DNA of 64,000 nt from Amoebidium appalachense (GCA_963693365.1 CAVNZM010000002.1:4852259-4916258); one strand, 5' to 3'. Positions 12,108 to 25,600 are shown, numbered from the stretch's first letter. The notes: generated by a model not told the origin, from the sequence alone. Numbers and translations are program-made.

Positions 12108-14434
12108 ATGGCCGAAGTTGTGCACAGGGAGCTGGAGGATATGCTTCCCTTTCTGGAGGACATGGAGAAGCACGGCTTGTTTTCAAGGGTAGGTGTTGAC
12201 TTAGTTCAGCTCTTTTTGAAGTGCGTGTGTATTTGCGTGTGTATTTGCATGGGCATTTGTGTGTGTGCGTGTGCGTGTGCGTGTGCGTGTGCGTGTGCGT
12301 GTGCGTGTGCGTGTGCGTGTGCGTGTGCGTGTGCGTGTGCGTGTGGGTGGGGGGGCGGGCGGGCGGGTGGGTGGGTGGGTGGGTTAGTAGGTGGGTGGGT
12401 GGGTGGGTGGGTTGGTGGGTGTGGGTGTGTGGGTGTGTATGTGCGCGCGTGTGTGCGTGTGTCTACGTGTGTGTGTGGCGTGTTGTGCGAGTGTGGGCGT
12501 GCATGTGCGGTATGCACATGTTTCTTTGCCTTCACAATATTGTGTGCCCAATATCAACCATGTGCTATAGAATAAATAAGCAAAGTGAGGGACGTTGCAT
12601 TTTGTCCGGTAAACTTTTTGTGGTTCGTCAAACGTGGTGTAAGCTTGCTGAGCATGCGGGTATACTTTGGTGAATGTCAGATAACGAAATTACTGCATTC
12701 CCTTTTCCCAACGTGTCAAGCAGATGCATTACTTTTTCCGTTGACCTTTGCCCCGCATCCCCTTGCTCCCCGCCCCCCCCCCCTCTGCTCCCCCACCCAT
12801 GCATGCCCGCCTCCCCCTCCGTCCAGGTGGCTACCCATATTCCTTCACCGCTCAATCCGTCTCCCGCTTTACTCCCCATTCGGCGGTTAACAAACCCCGT
12901 GCTTACATTTCTTTGGGTTATCAGAAATTGTTCCCCTCCCCTCCCCCCCCCCCTCCCCCTCCCCCCTCCCCCCCACACACCCCTCTTGCCCTCTCTTCCT
13001 TCCACTTCTCCCCCCCCCCCCCCCCCCCGCCAAGTCTGCTAGTGCTTCGATATCAGGCTTGGTGGTTCACACTGCCTGTCGTAGTGTTGTTTTGTGTCGT
13101 CTTGTACAAACCCCCCCCCCCCCCCCCCCCTCCCCTCCCCTCCGGCTCCCCCGACAATGACTATCTTTCTGGGGCACTTGTGTTTGCCTTCAGGGCACCA
13201 GCTACTTAGTTTCTTGCCGTCAATTGTGTTCATCAGGCCCATATTCCTCTAAATCTGCCAATTCTTTCTCTCTTCCCGACCATATACTGGGGCTATCAGT
13301 GTTCCCTCCCCATATCACGTTGGCGGGTGTTGTAGATTCTCATACTCATAGAGTGCCGGATTCACGCCAAATTATCATCTTCCTGCATGTATCGACCTCC
13401 ACATTCTAACCTACTCTCCCTCCCCCCCCCCTCCCCCCTCCCCTTCCCCCTCCCCTCCCCCTTCCCCCGCTCTCGTACACCCACCCACTCTCTCAGGATG
13501 AGATCAAGTCCATCATAAAAAAGCGGAGGGACTTTGAGTATTTGTTGAAGAGAAGACAGAGTCTTAAAAAGGATTACTTGCACTATATCCAGGTAAGATG
13601 TGTGATGAGAATATCGGCAAGGGGGTGGGTGGAAGGAAAAGAGGGATTTGCAGAATGTTCTACAATGTGCTTCAATTGCTGCACTGGGAGAGGACGAAGG
13701 GGGGTGTGTGTGTGTGTGGGGGGGGGGGGGGGAGGGGGAGGGGAGGGGGGGGAGAGAGAGAGAGAGAGAGTGGGGGGGGAGGGGTGGAATAGCGGGATGG
13801 ACGTGTGGTGTGATCATTTGGAAACGGGGGGGTGGTGGGAAAGTGTATTGTATTTGTTGGGTGTGTCCTCCTGTCGGAAGGGTTGCGGGAAGTGTTCTTA
13901 TGCGCAAATACCTAATTCCTTGTGTGCCGGATGTTTTCCATAAGCTTTGTATTTCTCAGTGACGGCATGAAGGGTGGGGGGGGGGGGGGGGGGGGGGGGT
14001 AATGTGGTGGAGGGAGAGGTGTGTGTTTGTGTGTGTAAGGGTGTGTGTGTGTGTGGGTGGGGGGAGGGGGGGGGGAGGGGAGGGGGGGGGAGGGGAGGGG
14101 GGGGGGGGCTCGTTTTTCCCTCGGAGCACCGGAGCACGGATGGGGTGTCGCCGCATGTATGGATGAATTTAACCACATACTGATGTTGTCTGTTTGCAGT
14201 ATGAACTGAACTTGGACACACTGCGGAGAAAGAGGAAGGTCCGCCTTGGGATGGTCAGGCAGAACACAAAAAGGTGTGCAAACACAACACAGCAAACCTC
14301 CTGGTTTCTTGGTGGGGGTCTCGGGCTTTTCTGTGTTTGTTTTGCCTTTCTGGGGTTTTTTTTTTAGGCATCTGTGCTTTTTTGCTAGAATGGTTTCTGT
14401 TTCTTCGTGAGGCATGTTTTATGTGGTCTTTCGG

Positions 14435-14465
<31 letters not shown>

Positions 14466-14588
14466 CTCCCTCCCCTCCCCACCCCCTCTTCCCCTCTCAT
14501 TCCCTTCCGGCCTCTCTTATACCACCGACGAGAGGCTGAGGACTTGACCCCCCCTTTTCGTGATACATAACAGAAAGCAAATACACAT

Positions 14589-14622
<34 letters not shown>

Positions 14623-14860
14623 TATACACACACACACACAGACACACACACACACATGCTATTTCACGCAACACCCCATAATTGCAACCCACTGACCATG
14701 CACATAAATCCCTTGCAGTGAATATTCAATCGTGCGCCACGTGCACTACATCTTCAATCGCATGCTCAAGAAATTCCCTGACGACTACAAGCTGTGGCTG
14801 CAGTACTTTGACCTGTGCAGACGCATGGGCAGTGCGCGCGTGCTGGGTGCGGCATATGCA

Positions 14861-14893
<33 letters not shown>

Positions 14894-14941
14894 GTGTGTG
14901 TTTGGGTGTGTGTGTGTGTGTGTGGGTGTGTGTGGGCAGGT

Positions 14942-14974
<33 letters not shown>

Positions 14975-15906
14975 GGCTAGGTTGGTGGGTGGGTGCGTTG
15001 GTGGATGGGTAGGTGGTTGGGTGTGGTTGGGTGTGTGGGTGCGAATGTGGGTGTGGGTGTGGGTGGATGGTTACATCGTACTTTCCCTATGTGTATATCT
15101 CCCCTACTTCATTAGTATTGTACCCCCTGAGCATGGTGTGATGGTGTGTGTGTTTGTCTGTGTGCGTGTACGTGCACGTATGCGTGTGTATTGGCGTAGG
15201 CGTGGGTGTGGGCATGGACATGTTCCGTGTGTCTGTGTGGGTTGTGACTGTTTGTGTGTGTGGGTGATTGTGAGCGTGCATGTGTGCTCTAGGGTGTTCG
15301 TACGCCTGGGTGCGTGTACAGTACATGGGTTTGCCTGTGCTGTGAACAGGCAAAAGATTTGGATCGGTGTGTCTGCGTGTGCATAGCGGTTTGTGGGGGT
15401 GATTGGTCCTTTGCATGTTTTTTGTGTGTGGTTTTTGCGTGGGAAGGCGAGATGGGGGGGGGGGGGAGATGGGGTGCAAGACGGATGTCGTGGGCACGTG
15501 GGCAACATGACGTGGAAGGAAGGGGGGTGGGGGTGGGGGGGTCCATGAACCCCACTGAGAAATTTACGCTCCTCCTCCCCTCCCCTTTCTTAATGGGTCA
15601 AACCTCGGGTAATGTGTACGATTTGGCTTCCCCCCACCAACCCCCCGAGAATGGGCTCTGCTGCTCTGTTTATGATCCATTTTTGTAAGTGTGCTATGCA
15701 AAATCCAAAACCTGCAGTGTGTTATCAGGCATTGATGTATGTGGACTCCGTAACCTATAACGTATTCTAACTCCCCATCCCCCTCCTCCCCCCAGGGCGC
15801 TAGCACACCACATGACTGTGCCCGAACTCTGGGTGGAGGCAGCCAAATATGAGTTTGAGGAAAATGCAAACATCAGAGCTGCTAGAGGTATGTATCAGCC
15901 CCCGGG

Positions 15907-15948
<42 letters not shown>

Positions 15949-16132
15949 GGGGGTGGGGGGGGGGGGGGGGGGGGGGGGAGGGGGGGGGGGGGGGGGGAGT
16001 GCAAATGTCAAAATAAGCAAAAAAAATTAAAAAGGCAAATGTGAACCTCGTACACCTATGTTAACAACCTTGCATTGTTGGGAAGGCGGACGGATGTGTG
16101 TGTGGGGGGGTGGGGGTGGTGGTGGTGGTGGT

Positions 16133-16165
<33 letters not shown>

Positions 16166-16351
16166 GGGGGAGGGAGAGGGAGAGGGAGAGGGGGTGGGAG
16201 GGAGGGGAAGGAGAAGAGACGCGAGGGGGGGGGGGGGGGGGATGTTTTTCACTTAGGAAACTCTGGTGCTTGGCGTTTTGTTATGGGCTGTAGTGGTTGG
16301 GTAGATGCGAATGCTCATACCCCCGGCTGCTTTGCTTTCTATTCACGTTGC

Positions 16352-16385
<34 letters not shown>

Positions 16386-17097
16386 CTCCACGCACCCACA
16401 TGCTTATCCTTGCCGTCTTTTGCTTGCACACTTATTTGGTTCCCCCTTCCGTTTTTTTTGTTTCGCTGTTTTCTGGGTTCCTGAGACTTTCGTTTTCCCC
16501 AACTTGTAGTGCATAGGTCATCCCTCCCTCTCTCTCCCCTCTCTCGATTCCGTGAATGTGTACTTCGTATCCGGTGGCATATCACTGTCAGCCCCTCTCC
16601 CGTTGAAACCCCCCGTCGCTTTCACCCACTCATACACACACAGGCATCTCCCCCCCCCCCCCCCCCCCCCCCTCTCTTCCCGCCAAGCACACACACCGAC
16701 ACACATACACACATATGCTCCCCCCCTCCCCCCTTTGTTTCCCTTGCTCTAACCCCCCCCTCCCCCTCCCTCTCCACCCCCTCTCTCTCCTCCCCTGCCC
16801 CCCTCCCCTCCTCCTCTCCGTCGTGTTGCCCGTACCCTTTTACACACTTTTATCTCATGTATCCCCTTCCACTCACATTCAACACTTTCATACACACACA
16901 TTAACAACCCCCCCCCCCCCCCCTCCCAACACGCACACACACAATACACAGTTCTTATGCAGCGTGGTCTGCGTCTCAACAAAGATTCGCAGCTACTTTG
17001 GAGAGAATATTTCCGTCTCGAACTGCTCTACTGGGAAAAGATGTGTCTGAGAAGAAAAGTTTTGGGTTTGGAGTTGCCAAAGCTGCCAGAAAACGAG

Positions 17098-17131
<34 letters not shown>

Positions 17132-17647
17132 GTGGGGGCTTTTGGGGGGAGGGGGGTGGGGAAGGGGAAGAGAGGATTGTGTGTGTATGTGTGGGTATGG
17201 GTTGGTGGGTGAGTGGTTAGGTGTGTGTGTGTGTGTGGTGTGTGTGTGTGCGTGTGCGTGTGTGCGTGGGTGTGTGTGTGTGTATCTAGGCGTCCCTTTA
17301 TGTGTGTCTTTTGATGGGAGTCGAACATAAGGGGATGGCTTGGGGGGTAGATTAGGGAAGGAAGGAAGAAACAAGCATCACGGATTACCATTTATTAGCT
17401 GTATATGGACTTGGAAGTATGATAGATAATCCCATATTCATCTAATAAGAGAGCACAGAGAATGTCGAGTTGTCAAGATTAACACTGCCCTTGGTAACAG
17501 AAAAAGGAGAATGGGGAGGAGAATGCTGGTGTGTTGGATCATATGGAGACGGAATCAACGGGTGACGGGGACAGGTCGTCGGTCGGGGTATGTGCCAGGC
17601 AGGCACGCACACACACACACACATACACACGCACGCGTACACGCGCG

Positions 17648-17698
<51 letters not shown>

Positions 17699-18044
17699 CT
17701 GCACATGTCCCTGAAGAATTACTGACGGGTGTATGCACAACCAAAACACACCTATGCACACAAGAACGATCGCATCTACCAACAGAAAGACCTTCCAGCC
17801 CATGTCGACTATGCAGTGTGCATAATGGTGGCATGTAGCGGGTGTACAGGGGCCACACTTAATTGAGATATATTGAGAAACAAGCAACTTCAGGCACATT
17901 CAAGAATCAAGCACCCGTACGAACATTAAAGATGTATACTGCATGAACACACCTGGATGCATACACTGACATTTAACATTCACGTGCCAGTATACACACA
18001 CACTTGCATACATTCACACACAAATACACACACATACACACACA

Positions 18045-18119
<75 letters not shown>

Positions 18120-18198
18120 GCACGCACACACATGCACACACAAGCACGCACATACATACACACCCACACACGCACACAGACACATTTACACTTGCCAA

Positions 18199-18269
<71 letters not shown>

Positions 18270-18753
18270 AGGGGGCACCTATGAACCTAGACAATGAGGG
18301 GGAGGAGGGTAGCAGCAAGGAAGCGCTAGCAAAGTTTTATGCCGGGGAGGTTCCCATGATTGTCTGCCAAAATGCTGTCAAAGGTACCCATACTCCCCCT
18401 CCCCCCCCCCCCCGCACACGCATTTTTCGCTGCACTGCTTTAGTTTGCACACACATTTTCACCGTTTTGCTCACCTTGCTTGCATAAGCAACCCTGCTCG
18501 TCTTTGATCAAGACGGGTTGACCCTCCCAAGTTCATTTGATGCTGCTGTCTGAGTTGGAGAGTCGTATATACGCGGGCTAAGGGGTCGAAACTCAGACGC
18601 AATTGATGACTTGGGCCCTCCCTGAGGATGGGCTCTGCTTATGACGCATACTGTGTGCATGGCTGATATTGCATACTTGAATGTTTGCCTTTGCATGTGT
18701 CCTGCACCATGCTTCTCATCGTGTATGCGTACTTCGTACGGTGTTCCGCATTC

Positions 18754-18793
<40 letters not shown>

Positions 18794-19175
18794 ACAAAAA
18801 AATATCCGAGGCTAAACGGTTGAAAATTAGGTGCATTTAATAAATGACAGGCCCCCCTGAAGCAACCCCCCCCCCCCCCCACCCCCCCCCCCCCCCCCCC
18901 CCTAGCGTAAGGGCAACGAAAAGAATAGAGTGAAAAGAAACGAGAGAAGTGTGGGGAGAGAGGGAGGGAGAGAAAAAAAAAAGAGAAGGAAAAAGGAAGA
19001 AGCCTGGAGATTTACACATGCACCCCACAGCGCACCCCACGGATGTTCATTTCCGCATGGCCTTTATCGACATCTACCGTCTGTTTGACGGCACAGAGTC
19101 CATGCAGATGGCTGTCATGGACAGGTACGAGCCTCCCCCCCCCCCCCCCCCCTCCCTTCCTCCCCCAACCTCAAA

Positions 19176-19235
<60 letters not shown>

Positions 19236-19484
19236 CCTCCATCCCTCTCCCCCCGGCATCTGAGTTTGGGTTTCACACGGGATATGGGCGAGGCTATCAT
19301 CGGGCACTGTTGAACATGGCATACGTTGTATATGTGCATGACTTTATTTATTGTTATTCCGTGCCTCGGTTTGTGTATCATATTTTAATCCCCCCCCCCC
19401 CCCCCCCCCCCCATCCATACACACACCCCATCCCACCACCCTTTCCCGCGCACGGCCTGCCCGTTCCCCACGGACACAACCTTT

Positions 19485-19524
<40 letters not shown>

Positions 19525-19576
19525 CCCGCCCGCCCCGCCCAAACACCACCACCACCACCATACGTGCGCGCGTGCG

Positions 19577-19656
<80 letters not shown>

Positions 19657-19813
19657 CTCAAGCAGGAGCTAGGGGCCAGTGAGCACACGTGGGATGCTGT
19701 TGCCCGCTACTATGCCCAGCCAGATGGCGACAGCACAGACGTGGAGAGGGCACTGGGGGTCTACAGGCAGGCGGTCAAGGTGTGTGTGTGTTGTGTGTGG
19801 GTGGGTGTTTGGT

Positions 19814-19862
<49 letters not shown>

Positions 19863-21299
19863 GAGGGTGGGTGGGTGGGTGGGTGGGTATGTGTGGGTGT
19901 GGGTGTGGGTGTGTGTGTGTGTGTAGGGGAGGGGGATTGGGGGGGGGGGGGGGGGGGGGAGGTGGAGAGAGACGGGGGAGTGGGGGGGTCAGAGAGAGGA
20001 GGGTATTCGTGGGTACTGAAAGATTTATGTATATACGTACTGAAAGGTCAGTGAAATCACACTGGCCACCCAAAGAGATTTATGCATTTACTGACCGACA
20101 AAGCACCACACAATAAGATTTGTTGACTTGCTGAAAACACATTATTAAACCAATAGGATTTGCCGACGCCCACCATGTACGACCTGCGCACCTGCTACCT
20201 ATCTGAGATCTTGGAGCACAGCACCAGCGACAATGTGCACACAAGCCGCCAGCAGCTATTGGCTGCATGTCAGCAGGCTGCCAGCGCTGGATTGGCCACT
20301 CCCGCCCTGTACAGACTATGGTCGGTGACACTACTACGTGCGGGTAAGTGAGTGCGGTGTTTTGCTGTATGGTACGTGCAGATTTCTAGCCGGGGCTTTT
20401 CCCCTTCGTTTCGTTTCTTTTCTCCCTCCCTCCCCCTCCCCCCCCCCCCCCCCACCACCACCACCACCACCACACACACACACACACACACAACAACAAC
20501 AATAAAGCCTTTTTGAGGTAGGTGGCAGCTGGTTTATTGTGTGAAGGATGATGCCGTCATTGAGTTTCTGCAGCCTAAAATTGTCCATACAACCTAAATA
20601 GAGCATGGTTGGTGTGCGATGTACGTTCAGCTGTGGAAATATCTTCAATACCTGAACCAGTGTGCATTGTTTCCCCCCGATGATGTGTGTTTCTTGTTAG
20701 AGTTTTGGCCACTGTATATGCATTGTACATGTATCGATTTCCTAGCAATGGTTCAAATATGCCCAGTTCAAAGGATACCCGGATGTCCGGTATATCTAGC
20801 TAACACTGATATTTTTACCTATGTTCATATGGAAGAGTGAGGTAGACTTGGTGCTATGTTAAACACTGAAAAAGACACCTCGTTATTCTTTCTCGTTTTT
20901 CGTTATTTTCTTTTATTTCTATTTTTTTTCGCTTTTCTTTTTTTGCTCATGTTTGTGCTGTGGCAGGGCAAGTCAACGATGCTGTTTCTGTTGTGGAGGA
21001 GGGTGCAGGCAGACACCCCACCAACATCGAGCTGACAAGATGGGCTGCACTGCTCTCTGCTAGGGCAAAAGTCTTTGGATGTAGGTGCATGTGTGCCTGC
21101 ATTCACACACACACAAAAACACACACACACATAAAACACGCACAACAAACACGCACACAGGCGCACGCACACATGCACACACACATGCACACATAAAACA
21201 CGCACAACAAACACGCACAGACACATGCACACACACACATACGCACACATACGCACACACACACACACACACACACTCACTCACTCACTCACACACACA

Positions 21300-21344
<45 letters not shown>

Positions 21345-21381
21345 ATTCCCTCTTTGCTTTTGTATGTGAACTGCCCGGTGT

Positions 21382-21466
<85 letters not shown>

Positions 21467-22194
21467 TACCTCCTTGCTTTTGCATGTGAACTGCCCGGTG
21501 TTTCTCATCATGTAGTCCTGCTTCATACCGCCTTCCGCATTATAATCCTCCCCCTTCCCCCCCCCCCCCCCCCCCCCCCCGGCCTTTCCCACTGCCCTTG
21601 CCTGCATAAGCAACCCTGCTCGTCTCTGATCAAGACGGGTGACCTACTCATGTTCAAGTGAAACAGTATCTGAGTTGGGTTTCGTTAACGAGGGGAATAG
21701 GTCGAAACTCGGGTACTGTGGATGACGTGGGCCCCCCCTGAGGATGGGCTCTGCTTATTATGCATACTCTTTATGTATGGCTTGCATTCTGCATCGTGTT
21801 ATCCGTTTGTTCTTGTGTACTTCGTACTTTTTGACGCATTCAAACCCCCCCCCCCCCCCCCCCCTCCCCCCTCCCCCCACCACCACCACCACCAACACCC
21901 CCGCCCTCTCCCCCCTCACCCCCTCACACACACGCAGTGCCAGCGCATGCCGATGCTGCGTTCCAACGTGCCGTGGCAGCCAACCGGGGGGATGGCCAGA
22001 CCTGGCTGTTGTGGATCGACTACGTGCTGGCCACTGGGGCAGAAGGCTTGGACCAGAAATTCGACGTATGAACCCCCTCCCCCCCTAACTCTAACCCCCC
22101 CCCCCCCCGCCCCTTCAAACACATACCCGCTTATATATGCGGATACAGAGTCACAGAGAGAACGACAGGGGCAGTGTGCGAGTGTTTTTTTTTT

Positions 22195-22225
<31 letters not shown>

Positions 22226-22809
22226 GAGGGCAAAGGGAGAGAGAGAGGAAGAGACAGCAAGAGAGTGATAGGGGGAGGCACGGGATAGGGAGGTCATTCA
22301 CAGCACCTACACACGCGAACACGAGCATACGCAGAACGGGCGGGGGGGAGGGGAGAGGGGAAGGGGAGAGGGGAACGGGGGGAGGGGGGAGGGGGGTGTG
22401 GGGGGTAAAAGAGAGAGGGAATCAAAAAGAGATAATCTCAGCGTACCTGCACACAACGAACGGGTGTGCATGAACAAACACACACACACACACACCACAC
22501 ACAACATCCACTCCTTTTTCTCACTTATTCATAACACATTCTACTCCCCCCTCCCCCCCCCCCTCAAAAGGCTGCGGTGCAGTCTAGCAGTGACCGTGAC
22601 GTCATCCTTCTTACATATGTGGACTGGGCCATGCATAAGGGCGGAATAAAGGCGGTCAGGAAGTTGTGTGCAAGGTAAATGACACACACACACACCCCCT
22701 TTTAACACACACACAGACACGCGGATAGATAGACGCACACAGACACACATGCACACGCGCGTGCTGTGCACACACAAACAGAAATACACACACAGACCCA
22801 CACACAGAC

Positions 22810-22851
<42 letters not shown>

Positions 22852-23817
22852 CGCATCCATGTTTGAGACTCACCCGCCCACCCGAAGAACACCACGATAA
22901 TTCGATTGTTCCCCTTTTGTGCTTGCATTCCAGCTTCCCCCCCCGCCCCATGCAAGGACAACAACAAAAGAAAGCAAAAGGTCCCCCCCCCATGTAAGGA
23001 GCCTCGGGGGGGGGGGGGGGAGGGGGGGGTGGAGTTGTTGTCCTAATATTAGTTTTTTTCAGTGTTCCACCCTCTAATGCACCCCACCTCCCCCAACTCC
23101 TTTACACATTTTTGCGCTATACAAGCTTCAAACACCCCCTTCCCCCCCCCCCTCCCCCCCCCCCCCCCCCCCCTTCCTCCCCCCTTTCACCCTTTCCGTT
23201 GCAAAGAATCCAGCCTGCACGCTTACTCCGTGTGTGCGTGCACATGTGGTTGTGTGTGTGTGCGTGCGTGCGTGCGTGTGTGCGTGCGTGCGTGCGTGCG
23301 TGCTTGCCTTGCATATGGCCTGTACCCCACTCCATTCCTAGTGTCCTCCATTACCACCTACCCACCACCCTTAAACTTACAAACCCTTTACACCTCTCTT
23401 AACCCATTCACACCACATAGGCTTCAAAAGGAAGGACTGGGCACCGTGACCATGTGCACCCGCTGCATCACCCTAGAGCGCCAGCAGCACCCCCTAGCCC
23501 TGGACAAGATTAGAGCCCTGCACGAATGGGCCGTACAGACAGAGTCGGAAAATGAAGGTAACCTGACAACCATTTTCATTTTTGGCGAGAGATTTGACTT
23601 TTTCTGAAGGTTACCCTTCTTGTGTTGTGGGTGTGTTGTAAGCTAAATGCACCATTCCGTGGTTTTTTTTTTTGCTTAGCGCATAATGTTATGATCATAC
23701 CGATATCTTGAAAGCATTTAGGAGGTGAGCATAGACGTGTTTCTCCGTTTGGATGGACCCCAGATCGAGATGGACACTTTTTTTCCTTTTTTCTTTTCTT
23801 TTTCTTTTTTTTTCCCC

Positions 23818-23858
<41 letters not shown>

Positions 23859-24028
23859 TGGGGATGGGAGAATATACTCTTGTTGTATGCGATGTTGCAG
23901 CTCTGGATCGTTGTAAGTGTCTAACAGCACGATGTTCAAAATGGCAAGTGTTGAGGAGAGGACAAACTCAAGAGATCTGAATGGTTGTCGTGGTGATTCG
24001 GACCCTGAACGTGGGTAGGGGGAAGAAA

Positions 24029-24060
<32 letters not shown>

Positions 24061-24348
24061 ATAAATAAGCCTCTGCTTCGTGATATTGCCTAGCGTGTGC
24101 ACTTACTGGAGTGTACATTTGCAGGATCCATTCACATTTAACTTATTTGGAGTTGTGTAAGAATTAGTAATACGTTCTACCATTTCTAATCTCCCGTTTT
24201 TTTTGCAGACCTGTGGTACGACTACATCCAAACCGAGCAGCAAGCAAGGGACTTCACCCGAGCAGCGGCGTTGCACAGGAGGGCAACAAAATCGGTGAGG
24301 GACCCAAGAGCATTCCAGGCAAGAGAAATGCTCAACCAGTGTGTGTGA
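12108..24348 (+). CDS. UTP6: U3 snoRNA-associated protein 6 (HAT-repeat SSU processome subunit), about 15 exons
   Basis: Exons start at 12108 ([27 protein letters not shown]), 13497 ([20 protein letters not shown]), 14200 ([13 protein letters not shown]), 14719, ~15796 ([20 protein letters not shown]), ~16952 ([24 protein letters not shown]), ~18272, 19031, ~19656, ~20158, ~20967, ~21939, ~22571, 23421 and 24210 ([10 protein letters not shown]...MLNQCV*). N-terminus and HAT motifs are typical of Utp6. Confidence 0.93.
18414..18754 (+). mobile_element. Long copy A of the structured intronic repeat (UTP6 intron)
   Basis: Near-identical to 35279-35605 and 29092-29333. Core 18483-18643 is closed by CATAAGCA/TGCTTATG. 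Between poly(C) tracts. Confidence 0.9.
21603..21844 (+). mobile_element. Divergent copy B of the structured intronic repeat (UTP6 intron)
   Basis: Same motif order as copy A (CATAAGCAACCCTGCTCGTCT.TGATCAAGACGGGT..GACC..GGTCGAAACTC..GATGA..CCCTGAGGATGGGCTCTGCTTAT) with compensatory stem changes. Ends CGCATTCAAA then poly(C). Confidence 0.9.
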
Positions 24349-25155
24349 AATGTGGTGCATAAGAAGTTGTTTGTGATTACAAGTAACTGCGGTGTTTTGG
24401 ACCTCGTTTTAGCGTTCTTTTTCTTTTTTCTTTTTGTGTAGTGTCAATGGCATGTGGGGTGACAAGGGCTTCTTTCTACGGTAACCTCTAAGGCTTTCTC
24501 ATTCCTCTAGTTTGCGTGTGCATTTTTTTTTTGGGGGGGGGGGGGGGGGAGGGGGGGGGGGGTTGATGCGTGGGTTGCACATGACGTGAGCCATCACGGC
24601 CTACCCCGTGTGGTTCGCTCAGGAAAAAATGCACCTGTGCGAGCAGTTACAGTTTTTCTTTGTCAGCAGGGAAACTTTTAGGCTATTGCAGAAAGTAGCT
24701 TTGTGGTGCAAGTTTAACCGTCGATAGCATTGCAGTGTTTTAGGCTGCCCCTAGGAAGCCAGAAGGATGATGGATATGTCTGGACTATTTATATTAAAGG
24801 GCATAATGTGATGTGTAGCTCTAGAGAACCATAGTAGACATGAAGCTGGGTTGAGTATACTAGGCTTGTGTGCTACTGTGTTTTCGTTTCTGAAACAAGT
24901 TTGTGGTTTTTTAGACGTTGTCAACTTGTAACGTTGCATGGTATGAATGTTTGTGTAACTTACCCCATTCCAAAATGAAAGGAGCAAGTCACGTGGCACA
25001 CTCTGATAGTCACAATAATACAAAGTTCGTTTCAAATGTGATCCACAGTAAGCGTAAGCAGCCTTTTTTTTTTTTTTTTTTTTCCTACGTTCCCCCGTCT
25101 TTTTTTCTACGTTCCCCCGGGGGGGGGGGGAGGGGGGGGGGGGGGAGGGGGGAGG

Positions 25156-25191
<36 letters not shown>

Positions 25192-25229
25192 GGTTAGTAC
25201 CAGAATCCCCTACAACATATGGTCACCCC

Positions 25230-25600
25230 GGCCCCCATGGCACTGGCATGCTCCGATGCTCCCCCCCCCCCCCCCCCCCCCCGGGGGCCCTCTCCGGGCC
25301 CCTTTCGAATTCTCTTAGGAGAACGATACATACTGGTTTCATTTCATAGATACTGAAAGTGACCATGGCATGTCCCCACGCCCCCTCCCCCCTTGCCCCT
25401 CCCCTCCCCTCCCCCCCCTCCCCCTCTCCGGGCCCCCTTCGAATTCTCCTAGGAGTAAGATACATACTAGTTTCATTTCATAGATACTGAAAGTGACCAT
25501 AGCATGTCCCCACGCCCCCTTGCCCCTTGCCCCTCCCCCCCCCTCTCTCCCCCCTTCCTTCCCTGCCGCTCCCTCCCTCCCTCCCTCCTTCGAATTCAAA
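25230..25600. repeat. Tandem array of about three ~130-bp units
   Basis: Recurring ATACTRGTTTCATTTCATAGATACTGAAAGTGACCATRGCATGTCCCCACGCCCCCT...TTCGAATTC. Confidence 0.8.

Noticed and set aside
18583-18594. GGTCGAAACTC as the Pol III B box of a tRNA-derived SINE
   Set aside because: No convincing A box or cloverleaf, and the flanking bases pair elsewhere with covariation.
18520-18600. HDV-like ribozyme reading of the crossing helices
   Set aside because: No P3/L3 with P1.1, no P4, and no unpaired catalytic C between the two 3' strands.
18603-18625. TTGATGA...CTGA as a box C/D snoRNA
   Set aside because: The boxes are only ~12 nt apart and the box C match is lost in copies B and K (GGATGA).
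18622-18640. CTGAGGA/CTGATGA in the 3' hairpin as a second complete hammerhead
   Set aside because: No matching stem II plus GAAA downstream, and the motif varies (CTGAAGT, CTGCTGC, CTAGGA).
25230-25600. Tandem repeats here and at 34539 and 52020 as CRISPR-like arrays
   Set aside because: Eukaryotic context, no unique spacers and no cas genes.
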